Shown: positions 53,200-64,000 of the stretch, piece by piece
Layout of the letters: every line of letters begins with the position of its first letter
Position numbering within the stretch: position 1 is the stretch's first letter
Assembly: GCA_012026655.1 (NCBI GenBank)
Contig: JAAILG010000109.1
Coordinates: 1 to 64,000 of the forward strand
Source: Hydrolagus affinis
Taxonomy: Eukaryota
Length of the DNA: 64,000 bases
Direction of reading: 5' to 3'
Notes under the pieces: model-generated
What the model was told of the DNA's origin: nothing
Databases searched by the model: none
What the model saw: the letters and a program-made list of their open reading frames with translations, nothing else
Program-made: the position numbers and the translations under genes

Positions 53200-53480
53200 A
53201 CCTGCATTGACATTGATCCCACTGAGTACTCTGCTGATCTCTGATGCATAATATGTTCCAAGAGCAAATTGAAAAAATCAGATAGGAGGCACTCACCGCA
53301 CTAATCTGTCAGTTCACCATTGATCCTCACTGTGCCCTTGCCTCAATTATAGGTATTCTGGATGCTGTCAATAAGCTTGACTGGGACATCATACAGTTAG
53401 TCTCTGCACTTCTAAAGGGACCTATATACCTAATCGAGCCAAATGCTTTGCTGAAGTTCATGAAAAATAGTAAACCATGT
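53200..53480 (-). mobile_element. Ancient RTE-like reverse-transcriptase relic
   Basis: Minus-strand peptides FMNFSKAFGSI, DVPVKLIDSIQNTYN*GKGTVRINGELTD and FNLLLEHIMH resemble non-LTR RT subdomains (DFxKAFDS; GxPxKLI; VRxNGELT; FNLxLExIM); contains stops and deletions. Confidence 0.6.
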
Positions 53481-54091
53481 ACTTGACTTTTTTTTTCTTT
53501 TTAAACAATCGGTCAACAGTAGCCACAACATTTACTGAATCTGTTTAATAAGATTTTTATCTGTTCTAATACTAGATATTTTGTTCCGGTTAGAAGGAAT
53601 TGCCTGGTTTCCACCAATTGAAAATAACTTTGAAGGCAATTCAATTGTGTGACAATGAAGCTCATTATACCTTTGGGTACGTCTATTGGTGCAATGCTGT
53701 GATTTAAGCCAGTTAAGTAGAATTGAATGTTTCATCTATTCTGACAACCTTGTGCACAATGCCAACAGATGTTTCCTCTCCCTCCTTCACTAGCACAGCA
53801 ACAGGTGTCTTCATCACAGCTTTGCTCAAACCTGGCGTATTGCCATCAATCATGGGCTAACTCGATAAACCATTAACAGTAAAAAATTTCCATCTTTGTA
53901 CTTATACAAAACATTGTATCCTGATCAATCAGGATTTAAAAAAATAAATTGCTTTCACACTTCTCTCTTCCTCGATGAGGATACTGCTCAATCTTCGATT
54001 CTTGCCTTGCGGAGTCTAGAATAAAAAAAACACTTTCAATTTCTTTCAGTGAACTGTTGGCTGGTTGCTAAGCTACTGCCACGATAGCTCT

Positions 54092-54300
54092 AACAAAAAC
54101 AGAAGTAGCTGGGAACACTCAGCAGGTTGAGTAGCATCTATGGAGAAAGAAAAATGAGTCAACGTTTTAGGTCCACTGACCCTTCATCAGAACTGGGGCA
54201 TGTTGGGAGGCAGAGGCTTTTAAGAGCTAATAAAGAGTGGGGAGGCAGGGCAAGGAAGACAAAGGAAAAAATGGGATAGAGGACAGGGGATGATAAGGGA
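54092..54300 (-). mobile_element. Penelope-like element terminus with a degenerate minimal hammerhead motif
   Basis: Minus strand: pyrimidine-rich tract, then ccagttCTGATGAagggtcagtggacctAAAAcgttgac...gatgctactcaacctgctgagtgttcccagc; homologous to both arms at 59.1 kb. Confidence 0.65.
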
Positions 54301-56149
54301 AAGTGACAATCTCATCAGCTATATTGAGTTTCCGGTTTATGATGGTTGACTTCACTCAACAAATTCAAATTGTTTTAGGCAATAAGAGTGCATTACCTTT
54401 ATACTCAGCCTCCAAACAATGCCATGAAGTTCCCGCTAATGAAAATTCTGCTTGATTGATCAAAACCTAGCTAATTTTAATTTCAAGCTATTAAAGGGCA
54501 AGAAAAATCTAAATGGATTTTTCTGTTCAAAATAGTCTGTATAGAAAGGGGGAGTGGGGGTCTGTAGGGGGGGTGAAGGAAAGAATTTATAACAGTACAG
54601 ATTGCATGTGATAAAGAATTTTTTATGGTTAAGTGTTTCTTATAGTCTCTCTTTCTAGGATGAATGTGTAAAAATATGTTCAAGTGTCCTCCAATGAATT
54701 CAAATTGCTTAATGACTGCTGTAAACTTTGTGGTTAAAAATAAAAGCAACTTATCTTCCACTCTGCAGATCTGAAACTATTGGAGAAGAGTCTTTAAACA
54801 GAGTTTATATTTTTTTTCTGCAAATTTAAACCAAGAACTATTTTTATCATGGATCTTTACAGAAAGATCTTTTGGGGGTTAGGGTTGAGAACACAGCAAG
54901 AAAACCAACCTCATTGTCGTCATACACTGTGTAATGGGTTAGAAATTATTTTCTACATTTAATGCTGCAGAAATATAAAGCCTTCAGAAAGTTAATTTCA
55001 AATCTACATTGAAATATCTATTGAACAGGAGGACATCACAGCGGATGACACTTATGGTATCCAACCTCCATTGATTTTTTTTTAAAAAAGCAACAAGAGC
55101 GATTATTCTGCTCCGTGTGTTCCATGCAGAAAACTTGCTGATGTGGGTTAAGTGCTATTGTGCTTGGTTTGGTAAATTCAGTGAATTAATCCCCACATAA
55201 AACACATGCAATCTAACCATTGACAGCTTTCCTGAATTGACTTTGGATAACTTTTTTTTTGGAGGAGTCCTTCACAAAAGTGCATTGATTGAAACTCTAA
55301 AAACAGACCAGTAAAAGATACGAGAAAATGTCTGTAGGAAACTGAACTTTAGGTTCAGTCTCCCTGCAATTCAAACAGAATCAAAACTATTCAAATGAAT
55401 TCTGTTGCACAATTGGAGAGCGTGTCCGAAAACGGGCAGGGCAGGTGGCCAGATATCCAGAAAGGAATATTGGATATGATCAACACACACTATTATTTCC
55501 AGATATCCTCCCCCAATAAACATAGCTATTTCTCAGACTACTGTGTTCCTGAATTTTATAGGCAGAAACTTTCTTGCAGGCTAATATTTTTGTCACAAGA
55601 GCATGCTATGCCACTTCCGTTTTCATATTTCAAGTTTTAAGATGTCATTTATAGTTTTGAACTCAAAATGAACTCAAACAAAGATAGGACGTTTGCATTT
55701 TCAGATCCATATTTGAAACTTAACAGTAACACTGAGCAGACATTAGGCCTGGAAGAAAAAGGATCAACATCAACCAATTCAAACCTAATAACCATCAATC
55801 CCAAGAAGAATTAAATCTTTGCCTAATCCAGGCTCAGTAATCGACAATATAGATGTGATTAAATCAAATGTAAGATGCTGAAAAGGAAAATTGGCCCCTG
55901 TATATAATTTTAATTCAGATATTTGGAAATTAAACTTGATTGGTTAAATATAGACCATCCAGAAAGAGACTCAGCTCAATGCTGCATCCTAAGTATTCAT
56001 TTTATTTTGCTTTTGTGGAAAACTCCCATCAATTTCAGTAAATAAAAAAAATTGGAAAACAGATCTGACAGTATTGAGCTCAGCTGTGCTAAATGCAAGA
56101 AAAAACCTGAACACAATTTAATTACTTTTAAATTCTGACCTGAATTTTA

Positions 56150-56330
56150 TTTATCAGTCCACGACTGTTTGTGTGGAACTGCTGTGTGCAATCGGCTGCC
56201 ACATTTTACCCACAAAACACACAGTCACTACACTTTACAGTACATTTTACTGTGAAGTGATTTGAAATACGAAGATGTGTCAAGGCTCTATAAGCAAATG
56301 TAAGGATTATTATTATTATATTATTATTAT
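56150..56330 (+). mobile_element. SINE 3' half
   Basis: ctgtttgtgtggaactgctgtgtgcaatcggctgcc...caaatgtaagg(att)n. Confidence 0.7.
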
Positions 56331-56647
56331 CGGCATTATTTATCCACTATCACTCAAGGAGACAAATAGCTCAAATGGGTTAAATAACTTGATATAGCAC
56401 TGCAAGAAGCGTGAAGATGGCCTCTGAATGGCCTTTGGATATAACAACCACCATTTACAGTTTAATTAAAACTATTCATGATTAAAGTGGTGGTTCTGTA
56501 CCATAGTGTAGGCAGCAGTGCTATCCATTAGATTATATGATAAAAATCAAGGTCCTGTTCACATCATGTACCCTACAGCACCATTTAAAAAGAGAAGGAT
56601 GTATTGGCCCCAAATCCCCCAGCTAAAAGGCAAGTCATTCACTTTAT

Positions 56648-56790
56648 TGCTGTTTGTTGGGTCACAGCTGTCACAAATTGGCTGCCATAATCACCTATAA
56701 ATAGTCAACGCACATAACAGAAATACCTTGAAGCACCTGAGACATTTCAACAATGTGATAAGGCTCTGTATCAAATAAAAGATTATTATG
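56648..56790 (+). mobile_element. Diverged SINE 3' half
   Basis: tgctgtttgttggg...caaattggctgcc...gaagcacctgagac...gattatta. Confidence 0.55.
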
Positions 56791-59051
56791 ATTTTCTAAG
56801 CCCCTGGAATACTAAATCATTCAGAAATAGCTCTTCAGAAAATCTGCCTTACAGAAAAATATGATAGCCTGAAAACTGATCACAGTTAAGGATAAAGTGT
56901 GGAGGAAAATGCCTCTGGCAATTTCGGAAGGTTTTCTTACTAAGATCCATAGAGACTACCATGGGATTCCTAACAAAGCCTCATCCCCACTCAGAGGAGT
57001 TCAAAAAGCATCTTATTTACATAAATTCAATCAGCATTTTAGCTTCCCCGTCACATTAGGTAACAGGGTGTCTGAACAAATTGTGGATATCAACCACACT
57101 TGGCAGACATTTCACTAATCCCACTGAACACATCACCGCAATAACAAAGCTTTGCTCTACCAAGAGTTTTTTTTGGAGGATGCATAGTTTGCTGAAGCTC
57201 CAAAGACAGCTCTGGACAACGAGGAGGCTGCAGGGTGATTTTAAGAATGATTTTCTCTTAATATAACAGCAGTACACTGATTCACAACTGTTCAGAGAAT
57301 TAAATAATTGTCCTGACCATGTTATCTAATTTGCGCTGCTGGAGGGATTACAATTCATTTGATTGACTGTTGGTTCGATATTTCTAACACTGGTGACCCC
57401 AGCACGGTTCACAATAAAAGATGGACTCAGAACATTTGTAGGGTAACAAAGAGAAGGAAAATCAGATGCACCTTAAATTATTTTAATTATAATTTACAGT
57501 TTAATTATTTTAGGTTTAAAATGATTTATAGTGTTTTCACATCAGGAAGATATTCCAAAGCATAGGATGTTCTGTAAACAACAAAATTACATTTGTATAA
57601 TGCCTTTCATATCAGGAGGACATTCCAAGGCCTGAATAGTGTCCCAAGGTTCTGTAAAGTGTAGTGATTGGACTTTGAGGGAAAATGCATGGCAGTAATA
57701 ACTCATCAACCTTGCCTACACTTTACAGTTAAATAGAAATAGTGAAACTATGATGTTTTATCCTGCTAATCCTCATCCCTTCAGGGTCATTTGGTTTAAA
57801 TGTCAGCATTTAACTTGGCCCTCTTGACAATAGTCTAGCCTAGTATTTTGCCATCACAGCTATTGGGATCGCTCAAATTTACTTTTAAAAGTCAGATCAT
57901 GATTTCACAATAGGTCAGGTGTTAAAGTAATTTTCTAAACAGCTCATCTGAAACCACAGATATTTTCATTTCTAACAATTTAATGTTATTCAATTCCTTG
58001 AAATAATAATTCACAATAAATTACGTTTATCTGGGAAAGCAATGAAGCAAAGTATATTCCATGGTTCCTTGGCATTTTCATAGAATTAAAAATTTACTTT
58101 TACTTTCAGTGCATTAAAGATGTGAATGTCCTTTACTAATTAGAATTAATTGTGCAACTGACTGAAAAGATAAATGTTTGATTAAAACTCGAGAGGTTAT
58201 TTTAATATCAAAGCTGCGAGCTGGCAAGTCTCAATTATAAATGAGACCTGAAACAAAGATGAAATTACCCTATGGAAAAGGTTCAATGATGGGTCAGTCA
58301 GTGTATGTTTCCTTTATATATCTAATACTATGCTGGCAACCCATAGCTGCCAATCATTGGAGAGAGCAGAATGGGCAGAATATTATCACTCCTCAATGCT
58401 AAGAACAATCAAAACTTCTGAAATACATGGAATATGAAAAATACTACTGGGATGAATTCAGTAATCCCCAAGGCACTGCTGAAAACTATGCCCTGGTCGG
58501 TCCATTTTTTTTAAAAAAAATTAATGTCTAAAAGAATATATCAAAGTATTTATAAGGGAAAAAAATGTGCTCCTTCCTCATGATGGAAATACCCTCGTTT
58601 TTTTCAAGCACTGTTCACAGTGTCTGTAGCCCATGGCAAGAACTGCCCATCAATCAGAAAAACACGTTGTACTGAATTAGAAGTTTTACTTTGATGATCT
58701 AAATAAGAAATAGAAAAGTTTGAATCAAAACTTAGATATTTTCCAAGCAGCAAATATTGTGTCCAAATTTCTGACAGCTTACATAGTGTTGGAGATGTTT
58801 TTTTTCCCCCAAATCTGGTTGGTTTAGTCCCTCAGTCTGTTCTGGTCAATCTTCTAGTTGGCTCTACCTGAAATTATTGCTCTATAATCCCAGATCATTT
58901 ACTTTATGCCAGAGCCTGCAAAGGGTCTCTTCAATGATACGCTGACTTTCCTGTAACACTCCAACCACGTGCACAACTGAAAATCAACAGCAAATAAATG
59001 TATGCTGCAGAATGGTTGCAACCCTTAACCAACAAACAGCCTTGAAAAGCA

Positions 59052-59262
59052 TAAACAAAACACAAAATAGTGCAGATGCTGGAAATCTGGGAAAACTCAG
59101 CAGGTCAGGCAGCATCCATGGAGAAAGGAAAGTGAGTCAACGTTTCGGGTTCATGACCCTTTGTCAGACGAAGGGTGGTGGACCCGAAATGTTGATTCGC
59201 TTTCCTTTCTCCATGGTTGCTGACTGACCTGCTGAGTTTTCCCAGCTCTCTGTTTTTATTTC
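59052..59262. mobile_element. Inverted pair of Penelope-like termini forming a long palindrome
   Basis: Arms 59087-59165 and 59167-59245, 79 bp each, 70/79 complementary, 1-nt centre. Confidence 0.75.
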
Positions 59263-60994
59263 TTGAAAAATATAGTTGTGCTGAACGATAACCAGCCAGT
59301 TGGCAACCCCATCTCCCAACCTTCTTCCATTTACAAATAATATCGAACCGTCTTGCAGTAGTGTTGGGATATGAAGAACTGCCTGTAATAATAGCCCTAT
59401 CTTTTGAAACTGAAGAGCAATAAGTCATTTTAAAACAATTGGCATCTCTCTTCAAGTGAGTTAATATATCTGTCATTGGTGAAGATTAGTAAGGTAGTTA
59501 TGAACCTTTGCCTACCAAAAACAAAATTTGTGCAGAAGAGAGAAGTTATGACATTCTCCCTCCCTTTTAAATAATCAATAATACCATGCATCGGTCTCAC
59601 ACGTACGTGAGATTTGTGAGTCATATTTTAAATTTTATATGGAAACAGCTCTTTATAAGAGTCATAATTTCACATGACATGTTAATATCAAGTAAACCAT
59701 TTGGAGATAATTAGTAACAAGACATATATATTCTCTCTGACAAAAACAAATTTTGTTTTCTTACTGGAACTGCTCCGCAACTTGTCAGCCTGCTTGAAAT
59801 TCAATCACTCTTTATGATATAAAGCAACAGTGACATTTTTACAAAGTCCCCAGATCATTTACCTTATTTAATAGCTTTGACTGTAGTTTAAAACATTAGA
59901 TCACTCTTACGTAGCGACACATTAAAAGAGCATATTCCAAGTCATCCAATGGTTTAACCTCATCTAGCTGATCTTGAAGGATTGATCAAAAGCTGCTCAA
60001 TTATGTGATTGTGCTTATAAAATGGAGGATGTAGATTTGATTCTCTCTTCTCCCAATTCTGATGAGCGGTGGATTTGTGACTCCGCCACTATATAGTGAC
60101 TCATCATGAAAAACAGAGAGAAAATAAGCAACCAAAAACCATTTAACATGACTGGACAAAATGGCTGGGGCATTTGTAAAAGAAAAAAAGCAGCCAACTT
60201 ATTTGTTTTTCTACGCAAAAGTTTGGTCAAACAAGATCTGCAAACAGAGAACAAAGTGACTTTTCATAAACATAAATAGTTGTAGTTTTTTTAAAAAAAA
60301 CATGTATTTGATGGTCATCCCAAGTATTCACAGCTGGAGAAACAATTATTCTTATTTACCCTCAGCCTTTTGCTAGATTTCACCACTTCTGGTAAAAATG
60401 CAAGTATTTTACAAGAGTTAATTCTGCATCTGAATATCTGAAGTGCAGTAATTTGCAGATAAATTGGCATTAAAATGAAAGTCCTCCTTTTGATGACCGT
60501 AAAAGGTCTGAGAAATGCAAATTAAACATATGATATCTGAGGATAATTGTGTGATTGCAATGGATGAGCATTTTGAAAGCTTTGAAGTCCAGCAGTGTCA
60601 GTAGGACTAAGGTGGTTCAATTTGACTACCAAGTGACTATCTGCTCCCTCTCTCTAGATGGACCAATTTCTCCAACTCTTGACCAAGCCACTAGATGGAG
60701 CACTGTGCAAGAGCAGAGTATTTTGACTGATACAAAGCTAACAGGTCTCAACTGCCCCCAAAGGATGGGGAACCACATTTTTCAAGTCAAGAAGCGGATG
60801 GACAACTAGAGTCATTGTACATCATTGGAACAAATATAAGATTCAAATTCATGTTAACAATTATTTGTGTTTAGAACAATGTATGAATTTTTTACCATGT
60901 GAAATCGTCAGTCTCCATGAGGAGATTTTTTACATCATGTAATACACTGTGCTGTGAATTCAATCAGTCTGTCTACCCGCAAACTCATTTTGTC

Positions 60995-61076
60995 AGTGTG
61001 TGGAGCCGAGGTGAAGCTGAGGACCCGAGTTTGCGGAGCCAAGGCGGAGCCGAGGACCCGAGTGTGTGGAACCGAG
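60995..61076 (+). repeat. GC-rich 33-bp tandem repeat, about 2.5 copies
   Basis: agtgtgtggagccgaggtgaagctgaggacccg / agtttgcggagccaaggcggagccgaggacccg / agtgtgtggaaccgag. Confidence 0.8.
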
Positions 61077-64000
61077 TATGAAGGGGGTGGGAGGGCGGGC
61101 ATAACGAAAACGTTGCTGAATCAGGGGGGCGCCGCTTTCAAAGTTTGGAAGCCTCTCGTTTAGGCTTAGGCTAAGAGCTCAAGGTACCTGTTAACAAATA
61201 AGTTCTTTAGACACACATTGCCACAAAGGGCTTCTCATGAAAACAAAATGATGGTACATCATGAAGTGGAATATTTTATCCAATTTGCATTACTCCCCTT
61301 CTTAACAGAGTTTATGCCAATCTATCAACATTTGGTATGGATTTAGAGAAATTATTTCATTTATTTAGTTACAGCAATGCTTAAATCATCCACTTGCAAT
61401 GACAGCTGTCTACTGTGAAGTAGAATCATACCATCATGTTTCTCTGAAGTGCAGGTTAACTTGTTAAGGCAAAGAAATAACCATTCCCCTTTTCATAGGA
61501 ATGACAGACATAAAAGATTTGTTCACAATTTGACATTGTTAGCAAAGAAGAAATGAATAACATAGCTATGTCGGCATCAATGCTTCACTGGTTTCAAAAT
61601 AAACTTATTGTGTAATTTTCTGAGAGTGGAACATACTTATGATAGCTTTGCTATAATATCAGCTATATTATAAATAGGAAAAAATACAAGTTAAAGAAAT
61701 ACAAATTTCACAGAGTCATATTACATTTCAGCGTAACACGTTTTTATCAATAGCAAAGAATATAACTCTAAACCAGCTTGTAAAATTCATATATTTGTAT
61801 TAGCTCCAAGAGGCACTTTGCAAAAATGTACAACTTTTAATACAGCAATGCATTAAATTCAAAAAAAAATTGTCAGTTTAATTATAAATGCAGGGTCAGT
61901 TAGTTCAATTGAACAAAGCACAGCCACTGCCAATTCAATATGAAGGTGTCTATTGATTATACAAATATCGATTTCTTTTGATAGCCAGAGTGCTAAAACA
62001 TTGCCATAAGATTGACTAAAGTGTGCAGTGTTTCTATATTTGGAGACAATGGTCATCATATTGTACCTTTAACTGTAACCATTACCAGTACTTTGTACCA
62101 CTTGTAAGTAATTACCCTGCACAAATGATTTAGCATCAGATTGGAACCAAAAGGTTGATAATCCGATCAAGGCTCACTAGAACTTTTCATTCCCTCAAAG
62201 TCAATAAAGTATGCGTCACTAGATGTGAAACATATAGGAATGGCCTACACAGTACTGGCCATGTCACCATGGAAGATTGCCAAATGGCATTACTGGCTCA
62301 AATCCAAAGAAACAGAGCTGAACATTGCTTCCATCATACAGGTCAGATAGAACACAAGTTATTCCAGGTGAATACTTCATTCATGTAATGATCTGGATAA
62401 GAAATGCAGCATTTTGAAATGCTAGAGCGAGTTAAATGTTCAAATTGAAGCTTTTCTACTATGTATCAGTTCCCTCACCCAGACTGCACAGCAGCACTTT
62501 CAGTGAGGAAAGTTTAATATAGTTTTTTTCTAAACAATGTCACAATTTAAAATGGTCAGCAAGTCAATTGACCAATTACTTCAGTAGCCATAAATTCTCT
62601 CTTTTTTAAAATGCCCTCATAATATCCTTAAAATGCCAAAGACTAACAATGCTGACATTTTATTATAAACCATGGCTCACACAAAAAAAAACTACTTGCA
62701 TGTTTCCGAAGCAGTACCACAGCCTTTGCCAAAATATCCATCAATCATCACATAAGCAACAACCTTACATAGGATATTTGCGAATAAAGCTTAGAGAGGC
62801 ACAGCTCTCAATGCAAGAATTATTATTATTTAACTTTTAAAAATTGATTTACCCTAATTCTGAACACAATGTAATTTATGTTACGGTACCTTTTATAAAT
62901 ATAATGTATTACAGGTACTTTAAACAGATGTGTGTAAGACTCACACATTTTTTGGATGGGTAATGAAATTTTAAGTTACAAAGTACTGTAGTTGTAGTGG
63001 CACAGCTTTTACAACAGCAATACATAAATTCCTAAGAAAACACTTGTGAGTTTGAAAGTCCATTGACTTTCATTGAAGTGAAAGTCATTGAAGACAAAAT
63101 AAAGTCACCTCGGGAGTAGAGAACAAAACTCTACTGCCTCAAGAGGAATGTAAAGGAGAATTTATAAGATCAGCTTATCTTTTAAATTGATTGGCAGATG
63201 CGAAGTTGCGTGGGAGAGCGTCTCATGTTTTTAACATTGGGTTGGGCTGTATTATCAGAAACATTAGTGCTGTGCAATTTGATAACCTGTGAATTAGGTC
63301 AATGAAAACTGAAGGATTTTGTAAATCTGATTTTGTAAATCAATGTACAGGTACAAGAAACTCAGGGATTTCTATTACAAAATATGTTTGCATTCTTTTT
63401 TGTTTTCAGAGCATTAAAGAAATATATCTGAGTGATCTATTATTACAAGAAATAACAAGGAAAACCTTCCCCAAGTACAATTGAATCCTCTGACATTTTT
63501 CTATCAACTAGTTCACTGTTCTCTTCTACTGTGTTACATCTTCACATTAATCATCCAACCCTATCCACTTTTATGCTTACGATTCCATTCCATATTCATC
63601 AACGTTCTTCAGATCACACACCCGCACATGACCTTCACATGCCTCTACGTTCCTCTGTGGTGAATGGGCTGAATCACCAACTTTTCATTTCCCTATGCCT
63701 TATGATAGGCCAATGAGAATTTCACTTATCTCAATTTTTCAGCTATTTTCTTTACCTCTGTTGCAATTCTAGTCAAAAGTTAACAACACTTGTTGCCTTT
63801 GATGATACCCACTCAATTCTTTATTTTCATCTATCTGCTTTCGTTTTCCCAATATTTACGCGGATCTCAAACAGAAAACCAAGATATCTTCTATTGTTGA
63901 AGCTACCATCAACATTCTTAGTTTTTTCAAATCCTTTTCTTTGCTAACCCTTAAATGCAAAATCTATCCAAGACTTGAATACAGTATATATGATCTCCTC

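Noticed and set aside
60995-61076. CRISPR-like or coding repeat
   Set aside because: Contiguous tandem units without spacers, in eukaryotic DNA; the overlapping ORFs are short and unsupported

Overview
AT-rich vertebrate genomic DNA. The repeat content (L2/CR1 LINE relics, tRNA-headed Deu-type SINEs, Penelope-like ends) suggests a cartilaginous fish, probably a holocephalan such as Callorhinchus; this is inference. Bases 507-22730 (+) carry the last 20 coding exons of a clade-B fibrillar collagen, COL11A1 (exons 48-67 in human numbering): 36/54/108-bp Gly-X-Y exons followed by the C-propeptide. All introns are GT-AG and the frame is intact. A ~2 kb 3'UTR with miR-29 seed matches follows. In ~24.8-64 kb I find no supportable protein-coding gene, only retroelement debris and unique non-coding DNA. 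I see no convincing new multi-gene system. The best leads are: (1) Penelope-like termini with degenerate minimal hammerhead-ribozyme motifs, one as a 79+79 bp near-perfect palindrome (59087-59245); (2) an intact 649-bp hAT-type non-autonomous element with 15-bp TIRs and a perfect 8-bp TSD (37867-38515); (3) retention of C-propeptide Cys2, which human alpha1(XI) lacks. Repeat-family names and human comparisons are from recognition and memory, not from searches. Repeat boundaries are approximate unless TIRs, TSDs or arms are stated.
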